Part shown: piece by piece, positions 39,074 to 40,505 of the stretch
Numbering within the stretch: the first letter of the stretch is position 1
Layout: each line of letters begins with the position of its first letter
Position numbers and translations under genes: made by a program
The notes under the pieces: model-generated
Database searches by the model: none
What the model was told of the DNA's origin: nothing
What the model saw: only the letters and a program-made list of their open reading frames with translations
Origin: Nitrospiraceae bacterium
Lineage (GTDB): Bacteria; Nitrospirota; Nitrospiria; Nitrospirales; Nitrospiraceae
Reading direction: 5' to 3'
DNA: 40,505 nucleotides
NCBI GenBank assembly: GCA_037442105.1
Contig: JBBIQV010000030.1
Span: forward strand, 1-40,505

Positions 39074-40039
39074 ATGCGCGACTACCTCGAATTCGAAAAG
39101 CCGATCCGCGAGATCGAAGAAAAAATCGAGAAGCTTGCCGCGGCGCACGCGACTAAGCCGGCGCCCCAAGACGAAATCCGTAAGCTTCGGGCGAAACTGG
39201 CCCAGGTTGAACACGAGCTCTACAGCCAACTGACTCCCTGGCAGCGCACTCAACTGGCCCGCCATCCTCAGCGCCCCAGCACCCTGGATTACATCAACGA
39301 CCTCTGCCGGGAGTTTCTGGAATTTCACGGCGACCGGTCCTTCGGTGACGATCGGGCCATTGTGGGCGGCTTCGCCCGATTCAACGACCGGTCGGTGATG
39401 ATCATCGGCCATCAGAAGGGCAAGACCCTGAAGGAACGGATGCAGCGGAACTTCGGGATGCCGAACCCGGAAGGCTATCGGAAAGCGCTACGGTTGATGA
39501 AGATGGCGGAGAAGTTCGGGCGACCGATCATCACGTTTATCGACACGCCCGGGGCCTATCCAGGAATCGGGGCGGAAGAACGAGGACAGGCCGAAGCCAT
39601 TGCCCGCAATCTGTTCGTCATGTCTCGGCTCACCGTCCCGATCATTTCCATCGTGATCGGTGAAGGGGGTAGCGGCGGCGCCCTCGCGCTCGGCGTGTCG
39701 GACCGGGTTCTGATGCTGGAACACTCCGTTTATTCGGTCATCTCACCGGAAGGTTGCGCGGCTATCCTGTGGGATGACCCAACTAAGGTTCAGGATGCTG
39801 CCACTGCCCTCAAGATGACGGCGCAAGATTTACTCGATCTGGGCGTGATCGACGACGTAATCACCGAACCTCTCGGCGGCGCCCACCGCGAACCCAAAGC
39901 CGTTTCCGACCGGATCGCCAAAGCTCTCACCAACCACCTCTATCAGCTTAGTGAACTCTCCTCCCAACAACTCCTCGCCCAGCGCGAACAAAAATACCGT
40001 AAGATGGGCGCAGTGGGCGGCCTTGTGGCACAGTCGTAA
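39074..40039 (+). CDS. accA: Acetyl-CoA carboxylase carboxyltransferase alpha subunit
   Basis: YLEFEKPI, RNFGMPNPEGYRKA, DTPGAYPGIGAEERGQ, GEGGSGGAL and SVISPEGCA motifs. Confidence 0.98.
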   Translation: MRDYLEFEKPIREIEEKIEKLAAAHATKPAPQDEIRKLRAKLAQVEHELYSQLTPWQRTQLARHPQRPSTLDYINDLCREFLEFHGDRSFGDDRAIVGGFARFNDRSVMIIGHQKGKTLKERMQRNFGMPNPEGYRKALRLMKMAEKFGRPIITFIDTPGAYPGIGAEERGQAEAIARNLFVMSRLTVPIISIVIGEGGSGGALALGVSDRVLMLEHSVYSVISPEGCAAILWDDPTKVQDAATALKMTAQDLLDLGVIDDVITEPLGGAHREPKAVSDRIAKALTNHLYQLSELSSQQLLAQREQKYRKMGAVGGLVAQS

Positions 40040-40067
40040 ATATCTTCACACACACTCTCCTGCGTAT

Positions 40068-40460
40068 CTAAGAATCGTAGTCCACTTTTGTCGGGAGGTC
40101 TCCGCTTGTCAAAGCGGGGGTGTGAACAAGGTCCCGCGGCTTTGACTTCAACTGGCTTGGGAATACCAATCTCGATGGATGGCTAATCTGAATAGGAGCA
40201 AGCTGCAGAATCTTCGCTATCAAAGCCGTTCGACGATGGACGTTAAGCTTTAGGAAGATATCTCGCAGATGAACTTTTACAGTGTATTCCTCGATCAGGA
40301 GCTGCTCTGCAATTTCACGATTGGACAATCCCCACATCACTAACTCTGCGACCTCCTGCTGCCGCTGAGTTAGGCCACATTCGGCAAGCCTTTCGTGAAG
40401 GGCTTGCTCTTGTAGGGCCAACCTCGACTCCCCTGACTTTCTCTTCCGCTGTCCGTTCAT
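40068..40460 (-). CDS. Stand-alone LuxR-type HTH regulator
   Basis: LTQRQQEVAELVMWGLSNREIAEQLLIEEYTVKVHLRDIFLKLNV; RBS AAGGAG. Confidence 0.85.
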   Translation of the reverse strand: MNGQRKRKSGESRLALQEQALHERLAECGLTQRQQEVAELVMWGLSNREIAEQLLIEEYTVKVHLRDIFLKLNVHRRTALIAKILQLAPIQISHPSRLVFPSQLKSKPRDLVHTPALTSGDLPTKVDYDS

Positions 40461-40505
40461 TTGTGTCTCCTTCCACCTATGCCAAACTTACTTAATTATG
40501 GCGAG

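Overview
Bacterial chromosomal segment. The gene content and order suggest a Nitrospirota/Nitrospira-like organism, but that is inference, not verified. Two housekeeping blocks flank an ~18 kb accessory region. Left block (1-17.1 kb): carB, greA, SAM hydrolase-like, TrkA-C protein, degP, an EF-G paralog, radC, a small sigma54-driven Zn-finger ORF, rsmD-coaD-aminotransferase, an FmdB-type protein, a lipoprotein and purH-purD-tsaC. Right block (35.5-40.5 kb): dnaE, accA and a LuxR-type HTH gene. The accessory region holds four things. (i) A PhoD-like phosphoesterase paired with a permuted-papain-like gene. (ii) A 10-gene minus-strand operon, CBS-hdrC-hdrB-hdrA-mvhD/flxC-flxB-flxA-frdB-frdA-frdB2, which joins a complete heterodisulfide reductase/flavin oxidoreductase set to a soluble fumarate-reductase-like enzyme lacking the covalent-FAD histidine. 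It is preceded by two Fnr-type palindromes in class II promoter geometry and an adjacent Cys-rich Crp/Fnr regulator. (iii) A divergent diiron metallo-beta-lactamase (ODP-like) gene, a small ORF and a thioredoxin-like gene. (iv) Decayed toxin-antitoxin loci. Every junction of the hdr-flx-frd operon carries 6-7 nt periodic repeats, almost all as inverted pairs and often in place of a Shine-Dalgarno site, and REP-like palindromes sit in frame inside hdrB and the mvhD-flxC linker. No rRNA, tRNA or CRISPR array was seen. All protein calls rest on motif recognition by eye; no database searches were run.
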